A stretch of 62,130 bases of DNA, the filler included, from Sluysia triapertura (lineage: Eukaryota): NCBI GenBank assembly GCA_046118255.1. It is 5 parts of 5 records of this genome, joined end to end, with 100 filler letters (N's around TTAATTAATTAA, not from the genome) between each part and the next. Parts side by side here need not be neighbours in the genome. Positions count along the whole stretch, not along the records: positions 1 to 11,525 come from JBJNIA010183746.1; positions 11,626 to 26,641 come from JBJNIA010241436.1; 3 more parts are not named here. One strand, 5' to 3'. A model generated the notes under the pieces. It was given only the letters and a program-made list of their open reading frames with translations. It was not told the DNA's origin and ran no database searches. The translations under genes and the position numbers were made by a program. Numbering within the stretch: the first letter of the stretch is position 1; each line of letters begins with the position of its first letter. Below are positions 1 to 13,359 of the stretch, piece by piece.

Positions 1-1479
1 AATGAAGAAAATGTTAATAGAAAAAAAGATATATTTCAAGCGTATATTAATGCAATTTATTTATTACATTTCTAGAAAAACATGACTTGCTTTTCAGTAA
101 AGTTTCTCATTTTGAGACAAAATATGCTAAGTAAAATTTGTATCAGTTAATTTTTTTTAGGTTTCAGAAGCAAGTTAATAACAAGAAAAGGCAACTTAAA
201 ATTAAAGATGAAGAAATAAAAACTCTCAAAAAAGATATTAGCTTAAATAGGTTTATCAATATTATAAAATAATATAATTATATATTCTACAGAAAGCAAT
301 ACTGTGACGAAATTTTCAAAATCAGTGAAGATTTTAAAAATTTTTATAATTTTCTTGTAAATTTAATTCATTATATTTAATTAATTGTTAGGTTTTGAAT
401 AAAACTTTTCCTGATGCTAATATGTTAGTGAATTTAGTGTTAATTTGTTTATCAATAAAATTTGTACACCTTGTACTGTTTTTTGTATTTGCTGCAAGCA
501 GAACAATTATACTTTATGGTGTATGAAATATGTGTAAAAATTTGTAAAGTTAAATATTTTTATTTTGAATTTCATGAAAAATGTAGCATGGAAAATAAAA
601 TTTATAATGGATAATAAACAATGAAAAGTAGCAAATGGAGCAAGTTTAAGACAGCTGGGAAAATGAGTTTACAAGAGATTTCTGGGAGCATGTCAATTTC
701 ACTGTGCTGATATGATGAATGTAAAACATGCCAAAAGCGAAAATTTAATAGTGGCAATATATCTTAACGAATAAATAATATTGTGAAGGATTTAGGTACA
801 TTAAATATGTGATTAGCGTTTGATGGAACGAAGATTTGTTAAATTAATTTTGGATGATAAAACATGCTTGCTGTCTTAATATACGCCAATTCATAATGTT
901 AATTAAAATTTTTCAATAATAGTTTGAATAACTTTTATTGAGCGATAATGATAAACTACGTACTTCTAAAAAACATTTAAATAATTACATGAACTTGATG
1001 TTTTATCTCATTATGCACATAATCCTGACTCGGCACTATGAGATTATTTTAAGATCGATGTCTTATGGCTAATTAACTTAAGTCGGTCGTATTCAACAAT
1101 GAGTATTACTTCAAGTAGTAATTGAATTCGAACTGCAATAGATGTAGTAAATACGTTCTTTTTGTAATTATCAAATTTGTGGTAGTCCAACAAAATACTT
1201 TCTGTTTTCCTACATAACACAAGTAATATTTTAGTTACACCACATAAAAGTAAAGCACTCAACAGCTCTTCTCCTAATTACAATTTCAAGCAAACTTCAC
1301 ATTACAAAACTAAACAAACATAATTTTCATATGATAATAGTGATGATACGTGACGATAATACTGTTACTTCTAAACAAATGTGCGCTTTAATCGAAAAAC
1401 ATTTTTCCGAAGAACATATGTTTTATACTTTGTTATATTTTATTATATTTTATAGTTTGTGTTATTCGAAGTAACTTAC

Positions 1480-3230
1480 AAATTAAAGGTGATAGATATA
1501 TACAGACTAAGTGGTTAGCATATTCATTAAAAACCATTCCTTAACACGTTTGGTAATTTATGCGATACTTGTCTACCGAACCAAAATTTTTTTTGGAAAG
1601 ATGTTTTAAAGTATAAAGATACTTTTGAACTTCTGAACCTTAGGATTATTTGAAACCTTGTTGATCTTTTGGAATCTTTGGGGGCTTCGAGTAACATTGT
1701 AGCTAAAATCATGGTTAATAATATTAAAGATAAATATGATGCATTAATAATTAACATAAAAAGTTGAAAAATGAATCAGAGTGGTGAAGGTGAAGGTACC
1801 CTCTGAGTACCTTGTAAAGTATCTAACAACTTTATAACCATAGTAAGTCTTTAAGGAAAATAAAATTGAGTCAAAATAATTAATTAATTAAAATCTTAAT
1901 TAACTTAATTAAGAAAAATTACGTTTGTGTGTTTTAAAGAGATCTTTCGATGAAGATATGGTTTGGCCGAGTTCATGCGAGGAAAGCCTCAATATTGAGC
2001 AAAGTCAAATTTTAATTAATTTTTAATTTAAATATGTTGATTTTTTCGTATTTAGAATGATGGGAAGATAATTAATCGACTATGAAATGATTGTTATGAA
2101 GAGAATCTAAAAATGAGGTTGAAATGTTTGTAAAATTGTTTGTTTCACACCATTTCACACCAGAAAATTGAGTGTGAGGAACTGAAACTTAATTAAATTC
2201 CAGAAACCAAAGTTAAATTCATTTTAAAGTATGTTGATAATAATAACAATTATCACTTTAATGTAAGAAGTAATTTATGAAAAAATAGATCGAATAGAAG
2301 GAAAATAATTGTTGATTGTTAATCGAATTGTTATGTTCTATCTGGCTGGTCGTATCATGTAATTGTCAAAGTTATTATAGACGGTCTAATCTTCAAAAGA
2401 GGTTCTGATGATTTGTACAGGAGTATTTTTGATTGTGAATTTGGGAATGATTGGTTAATGCAAAAGTATAAAATGAAATACTTAAAAAGTTTTATTACAA
2501 AACAAAGACAATACAATTTCAAATTTTTGTTAGGAAGATCCATGTTCAGGTGTATTTTTAATTTTATTTTATATTTCAAATAAATATTAATATTATTTTT
2601 GTTTAATAAGTTGAGACAAATTACTCTTTGATTTCTATTTAATATTATACAATAATTTTGTTATTAAAATAAGTTTTGTATATTGTCTTGGTAATCCCGG
2701 TATTAGGTGTTGCGTTGTAAAGCGCAGTTTGAATATTTTGGGGAATTCATTTTGAAGTGTGTTTTTCGTAAAATATAAGGATTAATATTACGTTATATAA
2801 TCTCTGGATCTGAATATTAAGTTTTGCGAAATCATTGATTTATAATTGATTTTTATTTTATTTTATTTGGTAATTAATGGAAATATAGATTGTGCATAAA
2901 TAATGTTTTATAGATTACATTTCATATATACCGAAATTTTCATTATTTTGATTTTGTTGTTCAGTTATTAATAATTTTTATGAAAAAGATTTGACAATTA
3001 TTTAATTAATTTATTTGCGATTTGATATCGTTGATCCTAAAATTTGTAGGATTTTTAGTTTTGTTTCGTGTAAATTTATATCTTGTTGCGTTGAAATAAG
3101 AATATATTACTTGATGTTTGGTATTTTTTATTGACATAAAATTAAGAATTTATCGTTGAGATTAAAATTTAATTTGAATTTTAAAAATTACACTTAAGTT
3201 TAATAATACTTTTACATTTTAATATTAAAA
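1480..3230 (-). mobile_element. Unclassified TGTTGGGA-family element, copy A (decayed ORFs on minus strand)
   Basis: Colinear with copies B-E, e.g. the shared block gaagatatggtttggccgagttcatgcgaggaaagcctcaatattgagcaaagtc at about 1952-2006. Minus frame reads FDFAQY*GFPRMNSAKPYLH. Boundaries approximate. Confidence 0.75.
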
Positions 3231-4675
3231 ACATTATAAATCTTATGACAATTATTTCAAATGGTGTGATAGAAGAACACATTGAACGGTTAGTAGAATA
3301 AAATCGTTTGAAGAAATTAGAACAGAAGTGAATCTATTTATACAATATGTCAGTGTTACTGAAAATGAATTGAAAGTTTATATCTAATGTAGAGTTATGT
3401 TAAACTTGGATTAATAAGATTTGGATATTCTCTATCAAAAGAAACACTATAAATATGTTATATAAAAAGTGATCTTAAAATCATGGCTTTAATTTGTGTT
3501 TATTTCATTTGATATTGCAGGGGTTCTAAATTTAGATTCTCAATAGTTATTTCTAATTAAATCACCAAATATTAAACATTTATTTATAAGTTATAGTGTC
3601 AAACACCTATTTCAATCATAGATTACATTTTAATTTTCTTACATAATTATGGTAACACATTGAAGATGATATGTGGCGAAAAGCATATGGCCTGAATTCC
3701 CGCTTTTTTTGAAATTATATAAATTATACGATGTTGCTTGAAATTCCAAATAACGCGAATTCACCTCATCTGTCCTCAATGTGTTAAGATAATTAAAATT
3801 AATGTAATGAAGTGATATCTAAAATAAAAAAGGTAAGTTGAAGAATTCTGAATAAACTCCTTAGCACTCGAAATTTCAAGATTTACAGAAAAAATCAAAA
3901 TTTGATTGAAGATAATAATCAAGATTGAATATGGTCGAGCAACGAAAAATATTCATGATTATGTAAAAAAAGATATATTAATAATAGGAATTGTAATAAC
4001 GATAATTATTTTTTAATAATAATAATAATAATTTGATAATCATACTTTTGTGAGAATCTATCTCCGAAATCCAGTGAAATTCGAATTTCATTGGATAGAT
4101 GTTTAGAATTATAATAAAATGCGTGTGTGCATGTAACAAAATAATAAATGAAAATGAATTCCAATAAATAGAAAACAAAAAAGAAAAAATAGTCCTCACC
4201 AAAGAAAATTAAGTTTGAATTCCAAAAAATAATTTTAAGTGGCAATATACCTGATTTTAGATGATGCCAATCTTATAATAAACATTCAGATAGACAGTTT
4301 ATATGATACTGAGTTCAATGTAAATGTTCATGAAATGACTTTATATGATGCCAATATTGTTAATAATCATAAACTACAATTACATAATGATGAATTATAT
4401 GTAAATAATCTTGGAGTACTGTTGGTTAATCTTGAGTTAAACGTAAACAATCATCAAAAAAGAATAAATCAATGCTGATTCAAATACAGATTATTATATC
4501 GCAAATTTAGATCATGATCTTGGCCATAAAAATATAGATATAACTAAGAATCATAGCATACTGTCTAATGAATCTGAAATCGAGATAACGATAAAACCTG
4601 TGAATTATTTACCAAAGTTTGTATCAAGGGTTACAATTTCTCTTAATACAGTAGCAAATGATCTTGAAGAAGACG

Positions 4676-6330
4676 TGTATTGCCTAATTATAGCACAGGA
4701 GATGAGTTAGAAACATATAGGACTATAAAATGAAGGAAGAATTGATACAAAGTGATGCATTATAAACATTTTTGGATGAAGGTGATAAAGAAGAAAACGT
4801 TTATGCTCATGTTAACAGCTGGAGAATATCTTGGAGTTCCAAAGACCTTAGTTGTTAGATATTGTGTATGCTTGAAGCGGGTTTGGAAAACCTTTGGAGG
4901 CACTGAGGTACCTTTGAGTTTGTAAATCCTGAGATCATCCAAAACCTCACTAATCTTTCAGGAGCTTTGAGACTTTTGAGTAACATTCTAAAGTAGTTGA
5001 AAGCTTTAACATGTTTGAAAAACAAAATTATTGTTAAAGTTAAATTTGATGCAATAATAATTAACATAAAGAAGTAGTTCTAGTAGAAAGCCTCTATAAC
5101 TACCTAATTACCTTATAAAGGTCTAAACAATTTTAGAACCTTAATGAAATTTTTAAACATTAAATAAGATTAAGTTAAAAAATAGATTAATTAAGGCATT
5201 GTGTGTCAGGCACTGTTCGGTGACATGCATAATTTCCATGTGGTGATATGTTTATTTGTAGGAGACTTCTTGAAGGTATCATTTAATTAATTTCTCATAT
5301 ATATCCAACATTTGCATTGCGAACCATAGATGGAATCCTACGTAAGAAATTGCATTTTTTGTCATTCACATAAAAATGATGACTGAACTTAAAAGTTGAC
5401 CGTCATATGAATGACGAAATAGTTGAGGCTATTACCGTTATTCGCATTTGAATGTCGTGGCATGTAATGTGTTAATTAAAATCTTCATAACTTAATTAAG
5501 AAAAAGTACTTTTTTTAACGTTTTAATGTGGAATGTTATAGTAAAGTTGAAACTGTGTATGCATTTGTTTAAAAAACCTTTCGGTAAAAGTGTGGTTTAA
5601 AGAAAGCTGTAAATTTTAATTAATTTTTAATTGTGGAATACTTAATTTTTTATACTTAGTATGGTTAAAAGATAATGAATTGAATATGAGGAGATTGCTA
5701 TAAAAGAGAAAAATCTAGAAGTTTGAAATGTTTGAAAGTAAAAACCTCAAACATTTTTCATTAGAAAATTGGATGTGATAAACGGAAAATCAATTGAATT
5801 CTAAAAACTAAAATTAAATTCGTTATTTTAATTTATGTTGACAATATTAATGTGAGAAGTAATTTAAGTAATTTAAATAAAAGTAGCAGAGTAGAAAAAA
5901 AATAATAGGTGATTATAAATCAATTTTTTGTGTTCTGTATCTAATGAAGTTTGACAGGCCGTGCCAAGTATCTGTTTTAATTCTCAAAGAATGTTCTGAT
6001 AATTTGTGTGAAAGAATGTTTGATCGTAAACCTCAGGAATGATTGGATGATGAGAAAGCATAAAATGAATACCTAAGAATTTTAAGTCAGAAGAAAATAA
6101 TTCGAAAAGAAATAAGATCCATGCATTGGTAGCATTTTGATTTTTATTATTAATTTGATTTTAGTTTTTGGGGTTTACATCCTTAAATTAAAATTTTAAT
6201 TCTATTTTTGGCGGTTTATAATTTTTTTGGGATTCCGTACTACTTTACTGTAAGTAAAGTAGTATGTTAAGTAAATTTAGTAAGTATTTTCATTTTAAGT
6301 CTTACAGATTTTATGTTTTATGATATAATT
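4676..6330 (-). mobile_element. TGTTGGGA-family element, copy B (interrupted by a MITE)
   Basis: gaaacatataggactataaaatgaagg (about 4711) matches the sub-terminal sequence of copies D/E/F. Internal blocks are colinear with A, C, D and E. Confidence 0.75.
5195..5471. mobile_element. TTAA-targeting (piggyBac-like) MITE, 277 bp
   Basis: Absent from copy A at the homologous position. Flanked by TTAATTAA on both sides (5187-5194 and 5472-5479). The ends GCATTGTGTGTCA and TGGCATGTAATGT are complementary apart from transitions. Confidence 0.65.
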
Positions 6331-7290
6331 TTAGTAAATGTAAAAAATAGAAATAAGATAAATTTGCATTTTATAAATGCTTACGTTTATAAATTTTATT
6401 TCAAAATTTTTATAATGTATTGTAAATATTACATTTAGAGATGAATTAAAGTCAAAACAAAATGAAAATACTGCGAATATTGACAGTTTAGGCAAGTACT
6501 TTGGGGTCGATTTGTGCTCATGAATTAAAATTTTTCTAGTGAATAACTTCATAATTTGTTACAGTTATGTTTTTGAATTAAATAAAGAATGATCTTAGAA
6601 TTTTTCTAAAATATTTAAATAAAATATATTTACAGTGTGGTGAACAAACTCATTACTCAAAATCTGTAATACTTTAACACAACCACACAACACCTAAATC
6701 ACTTAATATATTAAATTTCAATAAATTCATATTTAAAATTAATCTATTAAAAATGAAATGAAACTTCTATAAAAAGACCTTCAACTTCTCTTAATTCTCT
6801 TTCACAACTCTATTTCTCTTTTTTTCGTTACCACCTCCACTTCTTTATCATGAACGTTTTGTTCATCACCATGATCAATCAGATTATTATCCGTATCATA
6901 TACAACAGTATCACTATCATTTACATACTGTAGATGCTTGTCTACCGCATATAAGAACCGGTACTAAACTGCATATAAATATAAGTCAAGTTATGCTATC
7001 CGACATTGGCAGTACACAGTTATTAGATTTAGAAAATGAGAACAGAGTCGTTGAAGAACATGATGGAAACATAATTCTGGTGTTTGTAACAGTAGTCAAG
7101 GTAGTGTATGTCAACAAAGACCACTTGCAAATAATAATGAAAATGTCACTTTGTCAAACCAGAAATTATTGGACAAAACAATTATTAATTACTCAAAATT
7201 GTCTGAAAAAAACCAATTAAAAACTGGAAGATTCAAGTGCATCTAGTGGCGCAAATCAAGGTTACGAATTGGCACTATGTGATTTAGGTC

Positions 7291-7620
7291 TGTAGGGAAA
7301 TCATATCAAAATATCAGCACTTCATCGCATAAAAACATCTCTTACATACACAGAACATTAAACAAACTACTTGACTCATTCAAAAAACAAACATAACCAT
7401 TGTATATAATTGTCATGAACTATAGTTATTGTTATTATAAATCCAATCGTGTTAAAATATATAATAATAATTAATATTGTTATATAATATAATTATCATG
7501 ATTATTTTATAATAACTTTTATAGTAACATCACAACATCATCAACATCGTTTTAAAATATGTAATAATTACGTTATTGTTATCATTATTTCTTTTATATT
7601 TACTATCAACCTTTCTTGTT
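7291..7620 (+). repeat. TGTAGGGAAA-start dispersed repeat, copy 1
   Basis: Aligns with 10334-10603: tgtagggaaat...cacttcatc...aaactacttgactcattcaaaa...cgttattgt...tttcttgtt. Confidence 0.8.
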
Positions 7621-7637
7621 CTTTTATCTGTCTTTAG

Positions 7638-8122
7638 AAAAACATTGTTTTGTTTCTAAATTTTCTGAACACAGAATATCTAGTTTTTATATGCTTCAGT
7701 GGTGTGGACAAATTGCAGATGGAATGACATTTAAATAATATGGGAATAATTCATCGCGACTTAGCGTCTCGTAATATTCTACTATGTGATATCAATAAAG
7801 TACAAATTACAGACTTCGGATTGGCTAGATTGATGGCAACAACTGAAGAAAGTATTACTATAAAATCAGGTCCAGTTCCTATTAGATGATTGGCATTGGA
7901 AACATTGTTATATCAGACTTATTCTTCTGCCACTGATGTATGGGCTTACGGTGTAACACTTTGGAAATATTCACATACGCAAAACAGCCTTATGAAAGTA
8001 TAACGACTACTGAAATTAGATCATATTTGCAAGAAGGACATCGTTTGGATCAATCAACAATTTGTACTTTAGAAGTTTATATAACAATGATCAAAAGTTG
8101 GTACAAAAATCGAATTCGATAA
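7638..8122 (+). pseudogene. EGFR/ErbB-family tyrosine kinase domain fragment, intronless, frameshifted
   Basis: Stitched translation: MLQWCGQIADGMTF/NNMGIIHRDLASRNILLCDINKVQITDFGLARLM...GPVPIR*LALETLLYQTYSSATDVWAYGVTLW/EIFTYAKQPYESITTTEIRSYLQEGHRLDQSTICTLEVYITMIKSW. WCxQIAxGM, ITDFGLA, VPIxW and GxRLxQxxICTxxVY are EGFR-family hallmarks. Two frameshifts and one W-to-stop change. Confidence 0.92.
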
Positions 8123-8341
8123 TATTCGGTTTCCAAATTCAGTGTTTATATGCTTATCTTTCGGATTAAAATTGCAAAAAATAGGATCCATATCTAAAAA
8201 TTAGTTCTACTGGAACTCAATGTTATAAATTTCGATAGTTGTACGGTATGACGTTTATTGATTATTACCGTATCAGTGCTTTTGTCGCTATCTTCCTCTA
8301 CCGTTTAGATACGTAATTTAACTATTAACCCTTTAATTTTA

Positions 8342-9400
8342 GATGAAGATAATTCTGACTATGATCACTTCGGTAACATTAAAGATTTAGAAAATAATAT
8401 TATCCGTTTTGTTGGAAACAATTTCAATTAAATTCAAGAAGATCACATAATAACCTCGGAACAATCTAGTTCACTCGTAAAAGAAGTTGTATCTTATACC
8501 AAACTAAATGCCCATAGTCTAAATTGTAGTATTGATGAACGTATTCGGGTAGAAGTAAGTAAGATTGTTAAATATAAGCATGCATGTGATATATTAAGAC
8601 GAATGTTTAAAGCAAATTTGTGTTTTTATATTTGTTTAATTAAAAAAATTTGAGAAAACGATTTTTTGAGCTTAGTAAAAGTTTACAAAATTATGATGTT
8701 CATAACGCTACCTTCCTAGGATTAATTAGTGAGGATGAGAATGAAGTAGAAATTAGTCACAAGCGTTTTAAGTGCAGTGATAATGACTTAGTTATTATGC
8801 GTTATGTATTGGATAAATGTGATGCTATGGGTAATTAAAGAACGAATCCTACATAATCGTTTACAAATATACCAATTTGGATCTTCGAAATTATTCAGAA
8901 GACCAAGAACAATTAAATAAACTATAATTTTGAAACCAATAAAATTTCCAGTAAATGACAGTATATTCACTGAAGATTATTCTTTAAATGATAAATTGCT
9001 TAGACCCACACTTCAACCATCAGAACTCAAATGAAACGATCAGGTTTGGACGATGAGATACTACACTTCAAGTCTGGTTGGTGTCTTTATGCTACGAATC
9101 CAGATGGAAATTGCACAAGGTATGGAAGTAACTGCTTATATTCACACAACGCAGCTGAATTGTCCAGAAAATTTAGTTTATAAGTCATACTTAACGGATC
9201 ATAAACAAAGAATTCAACAATTAATTTCAACCTTGAACGAAAAACCCTTCAACGATAACAATTTTCATAATTTAAAAGTAATTATTATTTCTTACCGTAT
9301 TTAAATTCTTATAATTGAGTTTTATTATTCTTTATTATTTTTTAGAAACACGAAAATTTCGAATTCGAGATGTGTCGAGGAAGTGATTCGCAATAAATGA
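8342..9400 (+). pseudogene. Decayed gene with a single Unkempt-type CCCH zinc finger (paralogue 1)
   Basis: Frame from 9061 reads LHFKSGWCLYATNPDGNCTRYGSNCLYSHNAAEL (C-x9-C-x6-C-x3-H at 9082-9147). Upstream coding-like fragments include ORF 8650-8838. The listed ORF 9053-9304 is in the wrong frame over the finger. Confidence 0.75.
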
Positions 9401-10333
9401 ATTTTAAAATTAACTGTTAATGAAAATTTAAATATAGATGTAATAAGTAGTAATCGTTTTATTTATTCAAAAGATATTTTCGAATAATTAGATGTGATAA
9501 AGAACATTTAAGCCTTAATGATTATAAAGAAATAAAACCTAAAAATGTAAGAACATATTTCAATTCAAAATTTCTGAATTATAAATTTCAATTCATAACC
9601 CAACAAAATTTTTTAAATCGTAAACAACAATTTATATGACAACACCTTCATTTCTGGATGAGTAATTGAATTTAAGGGATTAGTTCAACATTAATAAATC
9701 TTAAATTATAGATGAAAATTAATAAGAAAAATAAAACAAACAGAAAAATCAAATTTCGTGCATGCTTGGAGTCCATTTTATTACAGTTTGGTCTAATAAA
9801 TTTATTTTTAGGGTTTATGCCACGTTTGTTAATTGTATATATTTAAATACAGGAAATAATTCTATAATGTAAACTTAAAATATTTTGAAAGACAAGAATA
9901 AACATTAGAAAATACCAACTCCACTATATGTATACAAAAACTAATAGATCTAAAGAATGGACATCATTAGAAGAAGCTTTTGTATTAATTTGAGCTAATA
10001 GATACAGATTTTGTAAAAAATAATACAAATATGACATGTTAAAAGTTGCGGTTAAAGAAATTATAAATAACTAGAGTATATTGTGGTGACCAAATATTTT
10101 TAAGTTTCTAAACAATTTTATTTTTTGCTAAAACTTATAAACTCTTTTCATATTAATTTCACACATGAAGCAACTTAAATTTGTTAAAGTATTTACTAAT
10201 TAATAAACAAAATTCTTATAAATTTTATCATATTTTCGACATAATTTATATGTGAAATGCAACTTAATTTTATAAATGTTATTTTTAGTTAGTTACTTTT
10301 AAGACTTAAATTTCAGAACTTTTGAAGCGTTTG

Positions 10334-10603
10334 TGTAGGGAAATTACATCAAAATAACAAACACACTTCATCACATACGAACATTTCTTACATAAACAGA
10401 ACACTAAATAAACTACTTGACTCATTCAAAAACAATCATAGTCATTGTACATAATTATCATTAGTTATATTTATTGTTATCATAACATGTATCATAATAA
10501 TCTCATGTCATCAACATTCAATTTACACTTCATTTTTTAATTATAATTATAACTTCGTTATTGTCAAACTTTACAAAATTTTAGCTTTTTCATTTTTCTT
10601 GTT
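10334..10603 (+). repeat. TGTAGGGAAA-start dispersed repeat, copy 2
   Basis: Direct repeat of 7291-7620 with the same sharp 5' start. Confidence 0.8.
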
Positions 10604-10708
10604 GGTATTCATGTGTATATATATATGAAATTGTATATGTGTCTCCATGTTTTTACGTATGATTATTCCTTTTCACTCTTCTTTCACTTTTTCTTTTCAA
10701 AGTAAGTA

Positions 10709-11525
10709 CAGTGAACGCTCTATATAAGCAACTTAATTTTTGAATATAGATTGTTGACTTAGGTTTATACTTTTTAGAAAAAAACTCATATGACAATGGC
10801 TAATAAATTTAAAAATAGTAGAATAATTGTTTGAATATTGATATGTTTTATGCTGCCATATTAAGAAAATATATCTGAAATTTGTTGACTTATTAATAGA
10901 TAAATATTTTTATTTGATTTTTCCTTAAAAATGAACCAGAAAGAAAAAAGACGCCCTATTTCAATGAAGGATAAACTATCAATTTTGAAGGAAATTGAAT
11001 ATGGTAAAAGAGCAAAAGAAATTTGTACTGAATATAAAGTCACCAAGTCTACGATTAGCAGGATAAAGGAAAATAAGGAAATTCTAGAGAAATATGCATC
11101 CGAAACCTATGTGAATCAGGATAAAATAAAGCGAATGATGACAATAAAGTAAAGAGAAATCGACAATACGGTGTATTCTTGGTTCTTGGAGCGACGACGC
11201 CTAAATGATTTGGTTCCAAACGAAATTATAAAATTAAAGGCTCTTAAATATGTAAACTATGTAACGGCCCCCAGACATTTGTGGCAAGTGATGGATGGTT
11301 AGCAAAATTTAAAAAAATATTATCCGTTTCTGGAGAGAGCGCATTTAAAGATAGATTTAAAAAATATATTGCCGAAAGCGGTTTCTCGCCTGAGCAAATA
11401 TATAACTGTGATGAAATAGGGCTCGTCTATAAAAGCTTACCTAATAATACTAACGTTTCTAATTTCGAAAAGTCTGCTGCTGGGAGAAAAGCAATGAAAG
11501 AAAGAGTAACAATTATGCCTTGCGT
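10709..11525 (+). mobile_element. pogo/Tigger DNA transposon, 5' part with disrupted transposase
   Basis: TA followed by a CAGTGAACGCTC TIR-like start. ORF from 10931 has a psq-type HTH (KRRPISMKDKLSIL...VTKSTISRI), a CENP-B HTH (VYSWF; FVASDGWLAKFKK) and the DDE start (QIYNCDEIGL...KERVTIMPC). Stop at 11150. Truncated by the gap. Confidence 0.92.
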
Positions 11526-11625
11526 NNNNNNNNNNNNNNNNNNNNNNNNNNNNNNNNNNNNNNNNNNNNTTAATTAATTAANNNNNNNNNNNNNNNNNNN
11601 NNNNNNNNNNNNNNNNNNNNNNNNN
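11526..11625. other. Assembly linker N44-TTAATTAATTAA-N44
   Basis: 100-bp spacer with stop codons in all six frames, identical at four sites. Confidence 0.98.
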
Positions 11626-13195
11626 GTGTTTGAAAGGGACCTTCGAATGAAGATAACGTTTGGCAATGTTAAAGCAAGGAAAGCCTCTATATTGAGCAAA
11701 GTCGAATTTTAATTAATTTTTAATTTAAAATGCTAAAATTTCATATTGAGAATGATGAAGATATGATGAATTTGGTATGGAATTATTGCTATGAAATAGG
11801 AGAATCAGAATATGAGGTTGAAATTTTTGTGAAATGGTTCGTTTGGGAATGAGAACCTTAAATATTTTCTATTAAAACTGGAGTGTGAGGAATTGAAAAT
11901 TAATTAGAATGCAAAAGCTAAAGTTAAATTCATTATTTTTATGAATGTCAATAATAATAATTGCTATTTTAATGTAAGAAGTGATTCATGAAAAAGTAGA
12001 TCGAATAGAGTAGAAAACAAATTAGAGTTGATTGTTAATCGAATTCTTTTGTTTTGCTTGACAGGTCTTACCATGTAAATGTCAAAGTCGTTTTAGTCGG
12101 TTTTATCTTTAAAAGAGGTTTTGATGATTTATGTAATAGTAATTCCTGATTGCGAAAGTAGAAATGTTTGGATGACATAAAAGTATAAATTAGAACATTT
12201 AGGCATTTTTACTCGCACATAAAAAAGGGGAGACAACATTCACAGGTGATCGCGAAAAGATCCATGCTTTCGTAAAGCCTTTTAAATTTTCCTTTAAATA
12301 AATATTAATTTTAATAAGGGCTATTTTTATTATAATATTTTAGATTTCATTATAGATCTGGTTAAAACAAATCTTTGTTTTTTTAATATATTGTCATAAT
12401 ACTCTAAATTTTATACTTATTGATTTAGTTAAAGTAAATTGTATTTTTATCTTTGGGATTCGCCATCTCACATTTAGTAAATAGTTTTGTATTTTTAGGG
12501 GGATTCATTTTTATTTATTCTAGATAATTTATATTAAAATTTTTGGAAATGTCCATTTGAAGTAATTGTAGCATATGATATTTTTAAAGAGTTTATTTTT
12601 GTGTTATAACTAGAGTGAGATTAAGAAACACAAATTGATATTTATTGTTATTATAGATTTAATTTGTTTTTGGTAATTGTTAAAAATTTCATATTACAGA
12701 TAATCATTATTTTGTAGATTGTTTAAAATATATTAAATTGTTGTATTCGATTTTATCATTGATTTGTAATATTAGAAAAATGTTTATTATTGTGGTAAAT
12801 ATTTTTGGGAATTTATACTATTATTATTAGAAAATACTTTCGTGACAGTTTAATATAAGGCCCAACATAATTTTAGTGCCCCAGTTATTTTAATAGCTAA
12901 TTTAGTGTTTATTATATATTATTTAATAGTTTCTCTTTAGAAAGGCATACTATTATTGATTATTTTTATTGATTATAAAAATATTTTCGGGGATTTTTAT
13001 ATTTGGGGGAATATTACTATAAGTTATTGCATAATTATTTTTAACTTTACAGGATTAAATAAGTTATTTATTGAAATTGTGATAAGTAATAAAATATTTA
13101 TCTTCAGCACTGGTTAGTATTTTGTTTATTTTATAATTATAAGTTTGTTTGGGGCCATTTTATTATCGCGCCATTTTTTGTATAAGATTCTATTG
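11626..13195 (-). mobile_element. TGTTGGGA-family element, copy C (longest internal portion)
   Basis: Colinear with A, B, D and E. Minus frames give GFTKAWIFSRS and FDFAQYRGFPCFNIAKRYLH, the latter open in this copy. Confidence 0.75.
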
Positions 13196-13359
13196 TAAGA
13201 ACAAGTAGCAGTACCACAACTACGAGTAGTCACAAACGACAGTCACACCTTGCTTTAAGATACATACGACGGAAATCCACATAGTTTATTAACCAATATC
13301 AAATAAGTTCAAAAATTTATGGCTGGAATGCGAAAGATTCCATTACACTTACGAGTTGA

